Source: Octopus sinensis (Eukaryota). Taken from it: 64,000 nt of DNA. A program made the position numbers and the translations under genes. Below, in pieces: positions 39,719 through 53,409 of the stretch. Under the pieces are notes generated by a model. That model worked only from the letters and a program-made list of their open reading frames with translations, did not search any database and was not told the DNA's origin. How positions within the stretch are numbered: position 1 is the first letter of the stretch; each line of letters starts with the position of its first letter. The stretch spans positions 69,750,001 through 69,814,000 of the forward strand of contig NC_043005.1 of assembly GCF_006345805.1 (NCBI RefSeq). The letters run 5' to 3'.

Positions 39719-42505
39719 TATAGCTTGGATACATGGACTGTATGCTACTAACTATATATACCGAATATACCGTACGGCGAATCAGTTCAAATGCTGTATG
39801 TAATCACATTTCATTTTTTTTTCCATTTACTGATGATATGCTACATCTTTCGTTCGTATTTTTATCATTCAAAGTATCGTTTCATATTAAATTACATTTT
39901 ATATTGTTTTGAATTTTATATTAGTTACTGCTCCATTTCAGTAACTAATGTTGAGAAGACAACATTTTTCGCACCAGTGAAGTGGGCAGACAGAAGGATT
40001 CTTTGAAGTTTCTGGAAATGAAATTCCAACACATTCCCTTTCAGATTTTCTCTAACTCTCGAACGTGACCAGGAATTTTCAACTACATATTTCCAAATAT
40101 GTATTTACTCAGAATATGATACGGTTGTCATGGCCGGAACACTGTGTTTATTGGCGTACTCCACGAGGTCTGGCATAGAGCCTCAAAACTAACATTTGTA
40201 TCAGTGCCAAAAGGAACTTCTTGTATATTCATAACACAAAATCGTATTTCACTTCTACTTCTAATAAATCATTCCCCAAATATCTGAAGTATTTGAAACC
40301 CATCAATCACAAAATGAGTGTAGTCCTAGTACCACAGACACCAGGAAAACTTAGCATCATTTCTTGCATTCCATGACCTACAAATATTCCTGTGTTTAAG
40401 CACTTAAAAGACTTGAAACAAATCGCAGTTAATTCCCTCCAAGTTCATGTTGTTCCTAATTTGAAAGGTTATTCGAATAAATTCGGCAATTCATTAGATG
40501 TTAGTATGAAAAATATATTGTGGTCTTCAATGTAACGCCGCGGATGATAGCCAATTAAAATGATCTACCTTGGATAAAGGAACAACAACATTAATAACTT
40601 GATACCTTGACTGCAATATATTCTTACTACTTATTGTGTAGAATTCAAAATCTCATAAGACTATATCAAGTAGATAACTAAAATAAGAATGTGAATACAC
40701 ATGTTTAATGTAGAGCAATGTGATTGTGATATGTAAAATGTACAAAATCAGCTATATTTGGGACAAGAATTTCATCTCCAGAGAGTTGTAAGAAATTTCA
40801 ATGAATTTTTTCTAAGACAACAAAAAATGTGAGGTGGATAAAGTTTAAGAAATATTTCATGCACATATACCAAGTTATTTTCAGTTTAAATTATCTGAAT
40901 ATGAAATCGTCCTTTCCTTGTGCGAGAAACACAAATTTGTCTCTAAAACATATGCGGCAATAATTACACCTCTGCTGAAAGCAGTCTGGTGTATATTGGC
41001 AGCATTAACTTTTACAAATATTAATGCTTATCCCAGAAGTTATCCCTACAACTTAATTCAACAGTTTTATATATATCGACAACATCCCTTGGTCATTAAT
41101 TTCAAGTTTTATGTTCAAGAATGTTGCTATTTTTATGTTTTATGATTAAATGAAGTATAGAGGAATCAAACCACCAATGCGGACTTTATAAAATGTTATT
41201 GTCATTTCATAATTTATACATCATCTCCTTCACTAAATGTCTACGGAATACATAAAACTCGATAACAATTGCTATTGGTTAAATATATTCCTCACGTTTG
41301 GTATTGCAATTTAAATGCAGAATTGTCCTCTGAGCGAGATAGTATAGGAATTATAATAATGCATTTTATGTGCAAGATCGTAGACCTAATTGATATTCAT
41401 ACATTTATTACCTGCTATAAATGTTAGATACAATTCAACTTTAAGAATATCAGGAAATGATTTATGTTGGTATTTATCCACTAAAATAGAAGGAAATGCT
41501 AATATAATGGCTTTCAACTCCGCTGGTTATTTCTTATGTGTTCATGTCTTGAAATGCGACTATTAATGAATATATATTACAGATAACAATCAGTTACGGA
41601 ATTTTATGTAAAACTCAAATATCGACATGTGACGTGCACTTCCTTTTTTTTTTTTTGAATATATACTCGTGTAAGGGAAAAATAACTTATGGCACCATTT
41701 CCTAAAAGATTCATGCCTACGTAGTATTTCCTAAGAAGAAAACAACATGTAATTACAGTTGATTTCAGATAAAACGTATCGCCTTAAGCTAGACCCGAAA
41801 AATAAGCACTCGTCAAATTTGCAGTGCTTTGCGTCCTCATCGTGGTTCTTACTACCTATATGAATGTATATAACTGGAATTAATGCAGGATATGGCGTTT
41901 ATGGCTTTTCACCATTGATACCTTTTTGATGCCAGTGATAGGAGATGAATTATCAGAGATTGTCAGTAACATATCAACTAATGCATGTATATCACATGAA
42001 CTAACACATGTATTTTTCAGTAATACATGAAATGAAATGTCGATCAACAATGATCGTGCGTTGCAACAAAGAAACAGCCAATAAATAAATAAATAAAACT
42101 CGAAGTTATAATATTTGTCGACGATATGTACCTATTGCATGACAAAATCACAAAAATACTGTGAATGACGTGCATATTTACATTCATAACTCATTTAATT
42201 GCAGAATGATCATATAATTTTGGCATATGTCATTCATAGCATTTTCTACAAAAACTAGTTACGCACCCAGCGAGAACAAGCTAGAAAATAATATAATAGC
42301 GATTTGGATTTGCGTTGCTCGTCATCCGTCAATAGAACATCCTAAAAAAAACGGAGAGACCTACACACACACACACCGAAAAAAAGCTAACACCCGCACG
42401 TTCTCACAAATGCATGCATACAAGCATATATATAGATACAAACATACATAAATAAATGCATTATTATATATGTATATATAGGTATACACAATCACATATA
42501 CATAT

Positions 42506-42551
<46 letters not shown>

Positions 42552-42581
42552 TGTATATGTGTTTGTGTATACATATATATA

Positions 42582-42652
<71 letters not shown>

Positions 42653-42654
<2 letters not shown>

Positions 42655-43680
42655 CTTTGATACTTTGATAGGTTTCGACCATTATTGGCCCAGGCCATGT
42701 CTAACTTAATAGCACCACCTAGTGAAGTCTTTCAAGTCAGAATTTGGGCACTATGGCCCACCCAAGTAGAGAGTTATTGTTTACAGAGACATATCCGGGT
42801 GTAGGGGGTTTATCCGGGATTTCTTGAAGGAATCTGTCCAAAGACTTCTTGAACCCTATAGGGTCAGTTTCTGTTTTAATGTGTTTTGGTGTAATGTTAA
42901 AGAGAGCGGGGCCAATTGAGGTGAAATAATTGTGCCGTATTGTTGTTATGAGATGAGAGTGCGATTTTTGTTTTGGGCGGATGGCACGGGGCCCAAGCCT
43001 TGGATGTACCTTAAAGGTGATGCCAACATCATTTGGGCAATGCTGATGGAATATTTTCCACATCATGCAGATGATGTAGCGCTCACGACGACGTTGGAGA
43101 GAATAGAGTTTTAGCTTTTCTAGTCGACCCCAATAGTCGAGGCCTGTCATGCCATCTATCTTTTTTGTGATTGCCCTTTGAGGTGCTTCAACTTTTATGA
43201 TACCTTGTATTGTGTGGGGAGACCACAGTGGACAACAGTATTCAAGGTGGGGTCGGGCAAAAGTGGCGAAGAGAAGGATAATGATGTGCATATCTCTCGA
43301 CTGGAAAGTTCTGAGAATCCAGGAACACATTCTGCGGGCCATGTCAACTTTGGTGTTTATATGAGTGGCCCAGCTTATGTTGTTGTCCACAATTACTCCC
43401 AGGTCTCTGATGCTGTTGGACGCCGCGAGAGTTTCACCTGAATGAAGGGAGTATGGGAGTTTCAGGGCATCCTCTTTTCCAAAGTGGATTAGCTCAAATT
43501 TATCCTCGTTCAGCAGCATATTGTTTTTTTCTGCCCATTGGATAACAGCCAGTGATCTGACTGAAGGCATGTCCGGTCACTCGCCTCATTTATGACCTTC
43601 TGTAGCTTGGAGTCATCTGCAAAGATTTTTATGTTGCTGTGCTTGATGATGTCATTAATGTCATTAATGTAAATGATGAA
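42653..43680 (-). mobile_element. CR1-type LINE, 5'-truncated and little decayed
   Basis: FIIYIND..IFADDSKL upstream, one frameshift near 43557, then the open 277-aa frame (RPHLEYCCPLWSP, LYSLQRRRERY, LFNITP..FKKSLDRFL.EIPDKP) and a (tactttga)2 tail. Confidence 0.92.
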
Positions 43681-44659
43681 AATGTAATATATACATTAAT
43701 GTATATATGAATCAAAATAAGGATATCCAGAGGTAATAAGTCTGGATATCCTCGTTGCTTATTTTGATTTCAACCACCTTACTTTGAAACTGTAGGGATA
43801 ATAGCGTATTAAATTCTGGTGCCTCAAAAAGTACCATAGCCATCTGAATATATGTTAATTTTCTATGTTTTTGTACTTATGCTTTCGTTTTTCATAGTGT
43901 CTACGTTTTATATTTTGATGTCCTTATATCTCAAAAGATGAACGCGAGTGCTCTTTGTCTTGCATATGCTAAATGCATGTTAGATTATTATATATTTGTT
44001 TATGATGTCATTTCTGTATTCTAAGTGTTGTCGATATGCTCAGATATCTTCTTATGAGTACAATAAAAATTCAAACAGTAAATGAAGCATAAGAAATATA
44101 TATTTACAAAGCTGAGAAATCATGCAGAATTTGTATTATATTAAAAGATGCTCTACGCTTCCAAATTCTATGAGCAAACTATCGAAAACATCCATCCAAC
44201 AAACCTCATCATGCAGAAGAATTTATTATAATATTACGCCGTCAGAAATGGTAAATTTTTTATCTTTCAAAACAATCAAGAACGGAAACAGCTTGTGAAT
44301 AAGCACATCTGACAAATCCGATTCTCGAGTACGCGTGTAAGAAGAGAGATTTAATTACCATGTATATCCTTGTCCTACATGGCAGAAATTGCGCAATTAT
44401 CACATGATGACTCGCTACAATTTCAATTAAATTTACGAAAATAAAGTCAAATATTGAAGCTATCATTTTCTGAGTATACAGGTATGAAATTCTTTTCCAC
44501 TGCAATATACATAACAAACGAAAGTTGACGGAAATTTTATGAAATGGTAGCTCATTCTTTCTTTTAAATATAGGCCTTTGCTTCGACCTCTACATTGAAT
44601 GCATGTGCGTATGTATGTATGCTTGTGTGTGTGTGTGTGTGTGTGTGCGTGATATACTC

Positions 44660-44990
44660 CTTTCCTCTTTTAAGCCATGCGGATTCGGTTACGCTGGAAA
44701 CCATGGAGGTTTTTTTCTCATTTGCACAGCATGCGGTGTTTCACATCACCGCTCCTGTATGTACCTTTTTCCCCAGCTATTGGCTCATTTGGTATATAAG
44801 GGAGTTTCATTCCGCTGCCCCTGTCTACACTTCATGTCGGGCAGTTGGTTCAGCTGGTATTGTGCAGAAGGGTTACTTTTGAAGTCATCTACTTCCACCG
44901 TAAGCACATTGCTTAATTTGTGTGCCCGGTCTTGAATTTAGAGGGGGTGGATCATACCTTTGGTACAATGCAGTGGCGGCCATTTCTGGC
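44660..44990 (-). mobile_element. Possible old CR1-type 3' fragment
   Basis: Minus frame VEVDDFKS..QLPD resembles the CR1 C-terminal FK..LD..L..PD motif. Confidence 0.35.
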
Positions 44991-45118
44991 ATCTGTACAA
45001 CATTCTACAACCAAACACACACACATATATATATATAAATGTTAAATAATGAGAGTAGAAATTAATATTCATTAATTAATAATATTATAAATAATACATA
45101 AATATATGCATGTATATA

Positions 45119-45180
<62 letters not shown>

Positions 45181-45244
45181 CCATATATATATACATATAT
45201 ATACATATATGTACATATACATGCATATAAGGGTACAAGATATA

Positions 45245-45651
45245 AAAAAAACGTAGAACATAAAAACAAAAACAAAAAAACGAACCTTTTTCGAACAACG
45301 AAGAAACAAACAGAGAAACGAGACAGGCAACATAAAGTACATTCCCTTCGTCAGTTGTCGCCTGTTTTATTTTGAAGGTAGGGACATGACTCTGCTTCGT
45401 TAAAATAGTCCATCCCGCAAAGCAAATTAAATACAATGCTGGATTTTTTGGGGAGGGTGAAAGGGTTTATCAAAAACAGGATAGTGAGAACAAAACATTA
45501 AAAAGAAACCAAGACGAGGTGAAGTGGTGATTGCTGGAAAAACAAGCTTTGGAAAGAGGGAGGTAAAAGCACGTCTTGTCATTAAGAAGAAGGTGGAAGA
45601 AGGAAAGATGGGCGGCCGTTGGACATGTGTGAGCAGCAGGAGAGTCAAGGC

Positions 45652-45700
<49 letters not shown>

Positions 45701-45830
45701 GGAACGGTGAAGCAGAGAGGCGAAGAATAGGGAAAGGATGGCAGAGAAAAACAGGAAGGTAGAAGAAAAAGAGAGGGAGATAGATAGAAAGAATACAGAT
45801 AGAATAAGAGTGTACATCGTAGTTATTAAG
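45245..45830. mobile_element. Penelope-like associated repeat with a GA-rich block
   Basis: Minus strand has ctgacgaaggg followed by a T-rich tail. Similar GA-rich blocks occur at 57400-57600 and 60830-60930. Confidence 0.35.
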
Positions 45831-45838
45831 ATAAAACT

Positions 45839-46051
45839 TACTTGGAAATGGATGTGTGGCGTTCGATCATATAATAATATAAATGATATATAAATGTCTC
45901 ATTTTGTCTACGTTTTTTTATGTCCTGTACCCATATATGCATGAGTATATACATATATATATATATATATATAGGTATGTACATATATGCATATATTTAT
46001 ATATTATTCAGATTATTCTATGATCGAACGCCACGCGTCCATTTCGAAGTA
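45839..46051. mobile_element. MITE-like element with 39-bp inverted arms and TA flanks
   Basis: acttggaaatggatgtgtggcgttcgatcatataataat / attattctatgatcgaacgccacgcgtccatttcgaagt. Confidence 0.75.
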
Positions 46052-48287
46052 TATATATATATAGTAGGTTGAATATGTTAAATAGAATGTACTTTCGCTA
46101 ACGTTGATTTTAGTATTCGGGGAGGTGTCATGTATATCGTGTTTACTTCAGTATGTTAAATTATTTGAAGAAACTCGGTGAAGTATATCTGACATTAACG
46201 GACTAATGTGACATGTGTCATGAAGGATGTATGATATCATATACGGTAATTCAGAGAAATGTTTGTTGTTTTGTGTTGTTGCTTTTGGCTTTGCTTTGAA
46301 CTTCCACAACTATCGTTAAAAGCGTTGGAACTCTCTCCGGTCCACTTTCCTAACAACATGGACTATCTTTCCCCAGTATATATGTGTATGTAGAATCATA
46401 ATTGGGTTCTAATTATTTCATTTTAAGCGATCACTCGAATACCCCATTGATAATTATCTTTCCTCAAAGAAATAGCTGTCGCTTTTATACACATCTGACA
46501 AAGAAGAAAGCTAATAAAATGCTATTCAGCACTGAGCATCACATCTTTGTCCTTCTGTATGATTATATATCAGAGTATGCGTCGTCTTTATTAAGCATTA
46601 ATGCAGTTTACGTGGCTCACGTTTGATTTGGTATTTGAGTTCAATGTCTAAGTTTCGTAACTGAGGATAACACTATTTGGGGGCACATATCCTCTTTATG
46701 TCGTAGTTCGAACGTCCCTTATATTAGCCTTCTACAATTTCCAATATTTTTTCCTCCCGTTCTAGATGTTCTGGAATATAACCGCTTGGTAAAGTTATTC
46801 TTTGAATATATTTGAATCCAATGATTCTGTATACTTTGTGGTTTTCCTCTTTTCAGGCTGTATATAGTGAGATTTGTGATCAGAAAATCTAAGACAATCC
46901 AATGTTCCTTTTATTGCAATCAGATATGCCGTTCAACATTTTAAAGTGCTACGATACAAGCAAGCGCACTAACATATGGATAATTATATAAAGCGAGTAC
47001 AAATCAGTGAGTCAGATATTGACGGATGTCAAATATTGACAGATGCAGAAAACGTAAATACCAAATGGAAAACATGATTCAATGAGCGTGTGCGATCATA
47101 TATATGTTTGTAAGTACAATGAGATCTTTGGAGGATGATCATTTAACCAAGGATGATTTTCATTGTATTAGAAAAAAATCATTTCAGCTGTTTTATACTT
47201 ATAGTCTGAAGAATGATGCTGTTTTCCGAACACTAAATACTACAATTATTAGTATATTTATGCAGGAAATTGCGGGAAAGTATCATCGATATATTGTAGA
47301 ACCATCATGAAGAGTAACTAATTTACTATATGTATCAATAAATATCGTTTTAGAGATTGTGTCCAAAATAATTGGTATAGGATTTTAAAAATGTAACTGA
47401 TGTAAACGGATGTGATAAAAATTCGAACGTCGCAGAACCATTTTCGAATATTCAGATAATAGTCAGACCTGTGTATATGAAGTGCATTGAACAGTGAGCT
47501 ACTATTTTATGAATGTGACTTGTAGACAATTATATTAGTTTCTGATCAGTCGGATGCTAATATAAATTTTTATGTTTCATCAAACTTATATCAAAGTGAC
47601 GCCATTTGATCAAAATCTCAAATATCAATATTATGCTTTTTCATCGAGATTCTGAAATATGGAATACACATACCGGTGCTCTGTATACATGCGGAGCAGA
47701 GCCATAGCTTACAGTATCATGCATGTATAGAGCTCCATTCGTATGACCTGCTTCACATTGCTCAAACAAATTTCTTCTTTTTAATCATAATTGGCATAAC
47801 ATCATACTGCCAAATACTAGCATATTTTCAAAGGGATATGATTCTGTTTATCATTAAAGAGCCTATGAATTATAATTACTGACTCTGTTCCTCATATATT
47901 AAGCAGTTTTCTAATTAAAATATCAAAAGTTTTCACATAATATATATTGTAACTAGTGATATAAAATTGTGCGTTTCCATTTGTTAGTTTAGCATGATTA
48001 AGGATAATTATGACAGGACAATAACATAAAGCATTCAAAGAAAAACTATAACATATAACATATTAAGCACGCGAATATAAATCATTACCCTGATGAAAAA
48101 AACAGATGTTTCGATAGCTGGAGTAAAACTTAAGAACTCAATGCTGTCTCCATGATACACATCGATGTATTTGTGTTTCCACGCAGGGGAATAAATTTTT
48201 ACATATGCATTGAAATAAAATATATCAACTAACGATCTATAGATGCGAATATAAATACATGTTACATATATACATACAAGCGTATAT

Positions 48288-48482
48288 GTGATCTGATCAA
48301 TAAGTAGTAGGACTGTTGCCATGGTAACAAAGTTAAAGCACGCAGGGTGATGCCGCTTGGCAGAGATTGACCTTGAACTCCGCTGTGCATGCGAACTAAG
48401 TTTGACGTTCTATCTTACTTCCGTTGTTTATGGTAGGGTATGGAAGGAACGAGTGTAGCGTGTGATCGTCGCATTGACTATG
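48288..48482 (+). mobile_element. Terminal fragment of the mariner family at 160-943
   Basis: gatctgatcaataagta...gtagcgtgtgatcgtcgcattgacta aligns to the reverse complement of 750-940. Confidence 0.8.
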
Positions 48483-48519
48483 AATCTGCTTCAAACTTTG
48501 CAAAAAGCTTAGTGATGCA

Positions 48520-48770
48520 TACCAATAAACTGTTCACAGTCTGTCTACCCTATGTGAAAGGACTCTCCGAAAAGATACAAAATATATGCAACCCATATGA
48601 CATCAAATCAGTATTCAAGAGTAATACAACACTTCGCAAATATCTCCTTCGAGTAAAACCACAGGAAAATACGAAAACTAAAAGAAGCAGCACATATGTT
48701 AGGACACAACAACCGCCTAATCTGACCGAGTGCAGATATGAGCAGCATATGGGTATTATGGAAGAATAGA
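48520..48770 (+). mobile_element. Penelope-like element fragment (RT-GIY-YIG linker)
   Basis: VCLPYVKGLSEKIQNICNPYDIKSVFKSNTTLRKYLLRVK matches the typical PLE LPY..G.SE.I..I....I...FK...TL...L..VK pattern. Confidence 0.8.
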
Positions 48771-48817
48771 AAAGTATTAGATTTATAAGCCCTAAAATTC
48801 GCTCCATAATTGCCCAC

Positions 48818-48887
48818 GAGCATATGGCGTACTGGTTAAGGGCGCGGGCTACTAACCCCAATATTCCGAATTCGACTCCAAGCAGTG

Positions 48888-48952
<65 letters not shown>

Positions 48953-49140
48953 GTAATAATAATAATAATAATAACAACAACAACAACAACATCGAAAGAT
49001 ACCTTATGAGTGAGAACCCAGGTTCGAAATTTTCCCAAGACACCTGAAGAATGTTGGTGGCTATATCAACCGAAAAGTTGTGTTAACAACAAACAAGATG
49101 AGTATATATATCCGTCAAATGTAAATAATGTACATAGTTC
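48818..49140 (+). mobile_element. Composite element: tRNA-like head, (TAA)n/(CAA)n linker and PLE-type tail with hammerhead relic
   Basis: A box tggcgtactgg, B box gaattcgactcc, a triplet linker at 48889-48990, then a ctgaaga..gaaa motif. Confidence 0.65.
49039..49084 (+). ncRNA. Minimal type-I hammerhead ribozyme motif, degenerate
   Basis: Stem I gacac/gtgtt, core CTGAAGA, stem II gttgg/tcaac, GAAA, then A-GTT where the canonical form is C-GTH. Two core-adjacent positions deviate. Confidence 0.6.
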
Positions 49141-50167
49141 CTCATCTCTTAAATATAGAACTGACTTAACCCTTTTCTGCGAAATTGCTGGTCGTATGCC
49201 ACGACTTACGACATGATACGACTTGAAACCAATACGTTGTAAAACATTTCGTAGATGGAGTTTGTGAGCTGGATACTAACAACATCGAAAGTCTATATGC
49301 GTCTCTGAATGGTTAAACGGTCCCTCCATGATGTAATCTTCGTAGTTTAAAACACTTACCATATAATAAGTCGTGGGAAAATAATAAAGAAAATCCTGAA
49401 ATATGAAGATTTATTGCAATAAATTTCTGAATATATATTTTGAAATTTTACACTAACGTGAACATATAAATAAATAAATGCCATTCGCAGTTGCATTAAA
49501 ACGGTTTAGTTTATATTGATGTACTTTCTCAATCATTTATGTATTATACATTATTTATTGCAGGAAATTAATTTTTTTTAGTGTAACAGAAACATTTATT
49601 TGCATACATTTTAAGGAAAGCATGTCAGTAATTTCAAAACAAAAAAAAAAAAAAAGAACATCGGGAATATATTCAAATATTGATTTCAATAGCGCTTAAA
49701 TTGTTTTGTTATAGCCTTCGGGTATTAGAGTTTTCAATGTGTTGTGAAAAATATATACAATTGAAGGGGCATCATTACAAATGCTTTCTGATTTCGTTTG
49801 ACACGATCAGACATTTTCTTTACATATATATTTATGTGTCTGTATGTGTATGCATGTGTGTGTGTGTGTGTGTGTGCGTAAATGTAAGCATGCACGTATG
49901 TTTGTATGTAAATTCATTCAACAGTTAAAAAACAATGGTGTTTATTTGTAGATTATAACATTTGTTTCTGCACTGGACACCAGATTTTAATTTCCTCGTT
50001 GATATAATTACTCATAAATACCTCTCTTTTATTACAAATCACATCATTAATTTTGTGCCACACGTACATTGCTGTAGCGAGACAAAGACAAGAGTAGATG
50101 CGTTATAAGTGTAACAATAACTAAAATTTAAAAAATCAAGGCCCTACTGCTGCTGCTGCTGCTGCTG

Positions 50168-50217
<50 letters not shown>

Positions 50218-50269
50218 GCTACTACTACCTATAATAATAATATTAATAATAATAATAATAATAATAATG

Positions 50270-50326
<57 letters not shown>

Positions 50327-50329
<3 letters not shown>

Positions 50330-50890
50330 GCCCTGATGCAGTACCAGGCAGTGGCTCTCATGGCTTCTGATCTTAACTCATTCGAAGTGTTATCATTTAC
50401 ATTGTTCTGTCTTGGTATAAAAGATGGGCTACAGCAAATATTCTGCTCAATACCACAGATTTGCTTGTCAGTTGTTTGACCTTAACCAGTTGAGCATGTC
50501 CCTTAGTGGCTGACGATATGTGCATCTCTGATCACAAGCAGTAGTAGTGGGGGAGCATCATAGTCGTGTTGAGAGTAATTATATTCAGAGTTTAGATAAT
50601 TATTCACCTTTGAATTGATGGATGTTTCGTTTAACATACTTAAACAACATTTTTTCAGAGACCTTTTGCTCGTGATGGGCCACTTGACCTCAACAAAATT
50701 CTAACTGGGCCCCACCTGCAAGATCATGCGCTGGTTTTCTTGATATGAGATCACAGTGTCGCGCACATGTGGTTGTGATGCATGTGCCTGGTGTACCCTT
50801 ATCAGACTCGTAGTCATGATGTGTATATTGAGCTTCGTATATCTTTATCCCAACGTCACTTTGATGGTATTCACTGCTTTCTCAATCAAT
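50327..50890 (+). mobile_element. TAA-embedded ORF-less repeat family, full copy
   Basis: End-to-end match to 27251-27800; long (TAA)n upstream and aataataata downstream. Confidence 0.85.
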
Positions 50891-51559
50891 AAAAATAATA
50901 ATACTTTCTCGAAAATAACTTTCACCTCACAAGGTGAATTCTCATTCCCCAGTCTTTAATCCATTCCTCTCTCTTCCCCTTCTCCTTCTTCTTCTTCTTC
51001 TCTTTCTCTCTCTCTGTCTCTCTATCTGCCTCTCCCTCTCTACAAATCACAAATTTTAGCTGCTTTTAGGAATATGCTGGGCGTTTGTTTGTTTACAATC
51101 AGAGAGTCCCTGTGAAATCTCCATAAGCCATTATCCTAATATAAAATACAAAGATATATCTAAAAAATGTATGTCATGTCTGTAACTTTTAATTTCTTTA
51201 ATTTATTGCTGTGTCTTAAATGTAGAATTGAACTTAATTGCCCGTCCTCAGATTAAATTAATTGCTCGGAAGTAACTTTTAACTCACAAGATAAATTATT
51301 ATCCCCCCTCCCTAATTCATTCTTCGCTCTTTTTTCCTCTCTCTCCTTCTTCCACCTCCTTTCTCCTCTCTCTTTATCTGCCTCTCGCTCTATGTAAAGC
51401 ACAATGTTTAGCTGCTACTAGAACCATGCTTGAGTTTTGTTTCTTTACAATGGAGAGTCCCAATAGAGCATCGAGTCTTTGCCTACGACAGTACGTGAAA
51501 ACTAATGAGTCTCACAGCCGTTCAGCCTGAGTTTCTGCTCCACTTCAACTTTCACCTAA

Positions 51560-52010
51560 ATTAGACTGTTCCAACTCGTAACACAATCTGACGTTGGGTG
51601 AATGCACTTCATGCACGAGGTACACTAATGAATAAGAGACCGGTGGGGGCGGCACGAACGGTACGGACCCCGAGAAATGTGGAACGCATCAGACAAGCTT
51701 TGATATGGAGTCCGAATCGCTCTGCTCGGAGGCATTCCTTTGGACTTGGAATCAGTAAAGCGTATTTTGTATGAAGAACAGCATTTCCACTCGAACAAAG
51801 TGTTTATTGGGCAACGGTTGAAAAAATGGGACTATGTACATCGGTTTAAATTCGAACGTCAAGTTGAAGCAAATTTTGAAGCAAATGACAACTTCATTTT
51901 GTGCAAGAGTGATGAAACTCATTTTCATCTCAGTGGCATGTTCAATCAACAGAACTGTCGTTATTAGGCTCCTGAGTGTCCGAGAAAACTGCACGAAAGA
52001 CCACTGGGAA
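51560..52010 (+). mobile_element. Tc1/mariner-superfamily transposase fragment, rosa/DD41D-like
   Basis: ARTVRTPRNVERIRQAL..SPNRSARRHS..LGIS and SDETHFHLSGMFNQQNCRY*..PRKLHERPL. Confidence 0.75.
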
Positions 52011-52019
52011 ACATTCGAC

Positions 52020-53310
52020 AGTATTCTACACTTACTGATACTGGAATTTCTCTACACAAATAAAGTAGCACCAACACAGCTAAACTATATCAATCATTGG
52101 CTTGGGTTGACTTGAAAAAGGCATATGATATGATGCCTCATTCTTGGATCGTTGAATGACTGCAGTTGTTTGGTGTTGTTGACAAGATCACAAATTTTCT
52201 GATACATAGCATGAAAGAGTGGAAAAGCAAACTGTATTCAAGTAACCTATTCCTTAGAGAAGTTAATATTAAAAGGGGAATCTTTCATGGTGACTCATTT
52301 TCACCGTTACTTTTTTGTAATTGCACTAATATCCATAACAATGACACTTAGGGAAGGGAAAGTTAAGATGGATTACCGAATTTGGAAGAAAGGCCTATCA
52401 TTGAACCATCTTCTGTTTATGGATGACCTGAAATTGTTTGAGAAATCTGAAAAACAGATAGATTCTTTATCCAAAGCAGCCCAGAAATGTGGTAGAAGAG
52501 AAAAGAAGACCGTCTGGAAATGAGAATTCATGGACAGTTTGAAAGGAATACACAGGGCGTTAAGGATAATACAGTATCATGGGAGTGGCTGGAGCGAAAT
52601 GATTTGAAGCGTAACACCGAAAGCCTGATCATTGCTGCACAAGTCCAGGCTCTCGCTACCAATTCAGTGAAGTATAGCATCTATAAAACTTCTGACACCC
52701 AGAAACGCAGACTCTGTGGAAAGAGTGTGGAAAATGGGACCCACTTGGTAAGTGGATGCGAGAGCCTTGCACAAAAAGAATACAAGCACTGCCACGATAG
52801 AGTGTGTGTATATCTTCATTGACCCTTATGCCGTAAATACCAATATGAAGTAATAGAGAACTGGTAAGAGCATATACCAAGTAAAATTATGCAGGAGGAG
52901 GGAAAATAACGATACTCTGGGACTATGATTTTCAGACGGATCGTGTAATCGGATTCCGTCGGCTGGGTATGGTAATATTGAGTAAGAGACGAATGCTGTC
53001 AGATCATTGATGTCGCCATACCAATTGAAATGAATGTTGTCAACAAAGAGGTTGAAAAAATTACCAATTACTCCGAATTGAAAGTGGAAATAGGAAGACT
53101 GAATGGAATGCAAGAAGTGATGCATTGGTGATCGGAGGGTTGGGTTAAGTCCCATTGAAACTTCAAGACTTCTTAAGGCAAATGGAAAAAAGCAGCGTTA
53201 TTGAGTACGGCGCACATTTGAAGGAAAATATTATCTGTCTGAGGTCCTTGTTGTGACTTGGCAGATCACTAAAGACTCAGGTGCATTTTTACCTAAGATG
53301 TGTCACGAGG
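52020..53310 (+). mobile_element. R4/Dong-type LINE, RT plus CCHC and RLE region, internally deleted
   Basis: WVDLKKAYDMMPHSWI, GIFHGDSFSPLLF, LNHLLFMDDLKLF, HGQF..W.WL..TESLIIAAQ.QAL.T, CGKSVE..HLVSGC, WDYDFQTDR and IDVAIP; ends in (TAA)n at 53311-53405. Confidence 0.9.
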
Positions 53311-53332
53311 GAATAATAATAATAATATAATA

Positions 53333-53404
<72 letters not shown>

Positions 53405-53409
<5 letters not shown>

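Noticed and set aside
44309-44340. NPILEYAC motif resembling the CR1 RPILEY motif
   Set aside because: It lacks the following W-P residues and any flanking CR1 similarity
48090-48116. ctgatga..aaac/gttt hairpin resembling a hammerhead
   Set aside because: The GAAA core is absent and there is no stem I partner
50912-51460. Old diverged tandem duplication with a ~350-bp period and CT-rich blocks
   Set aside because: It is real but largely low-complexity and shows no sign of a mechanism or function
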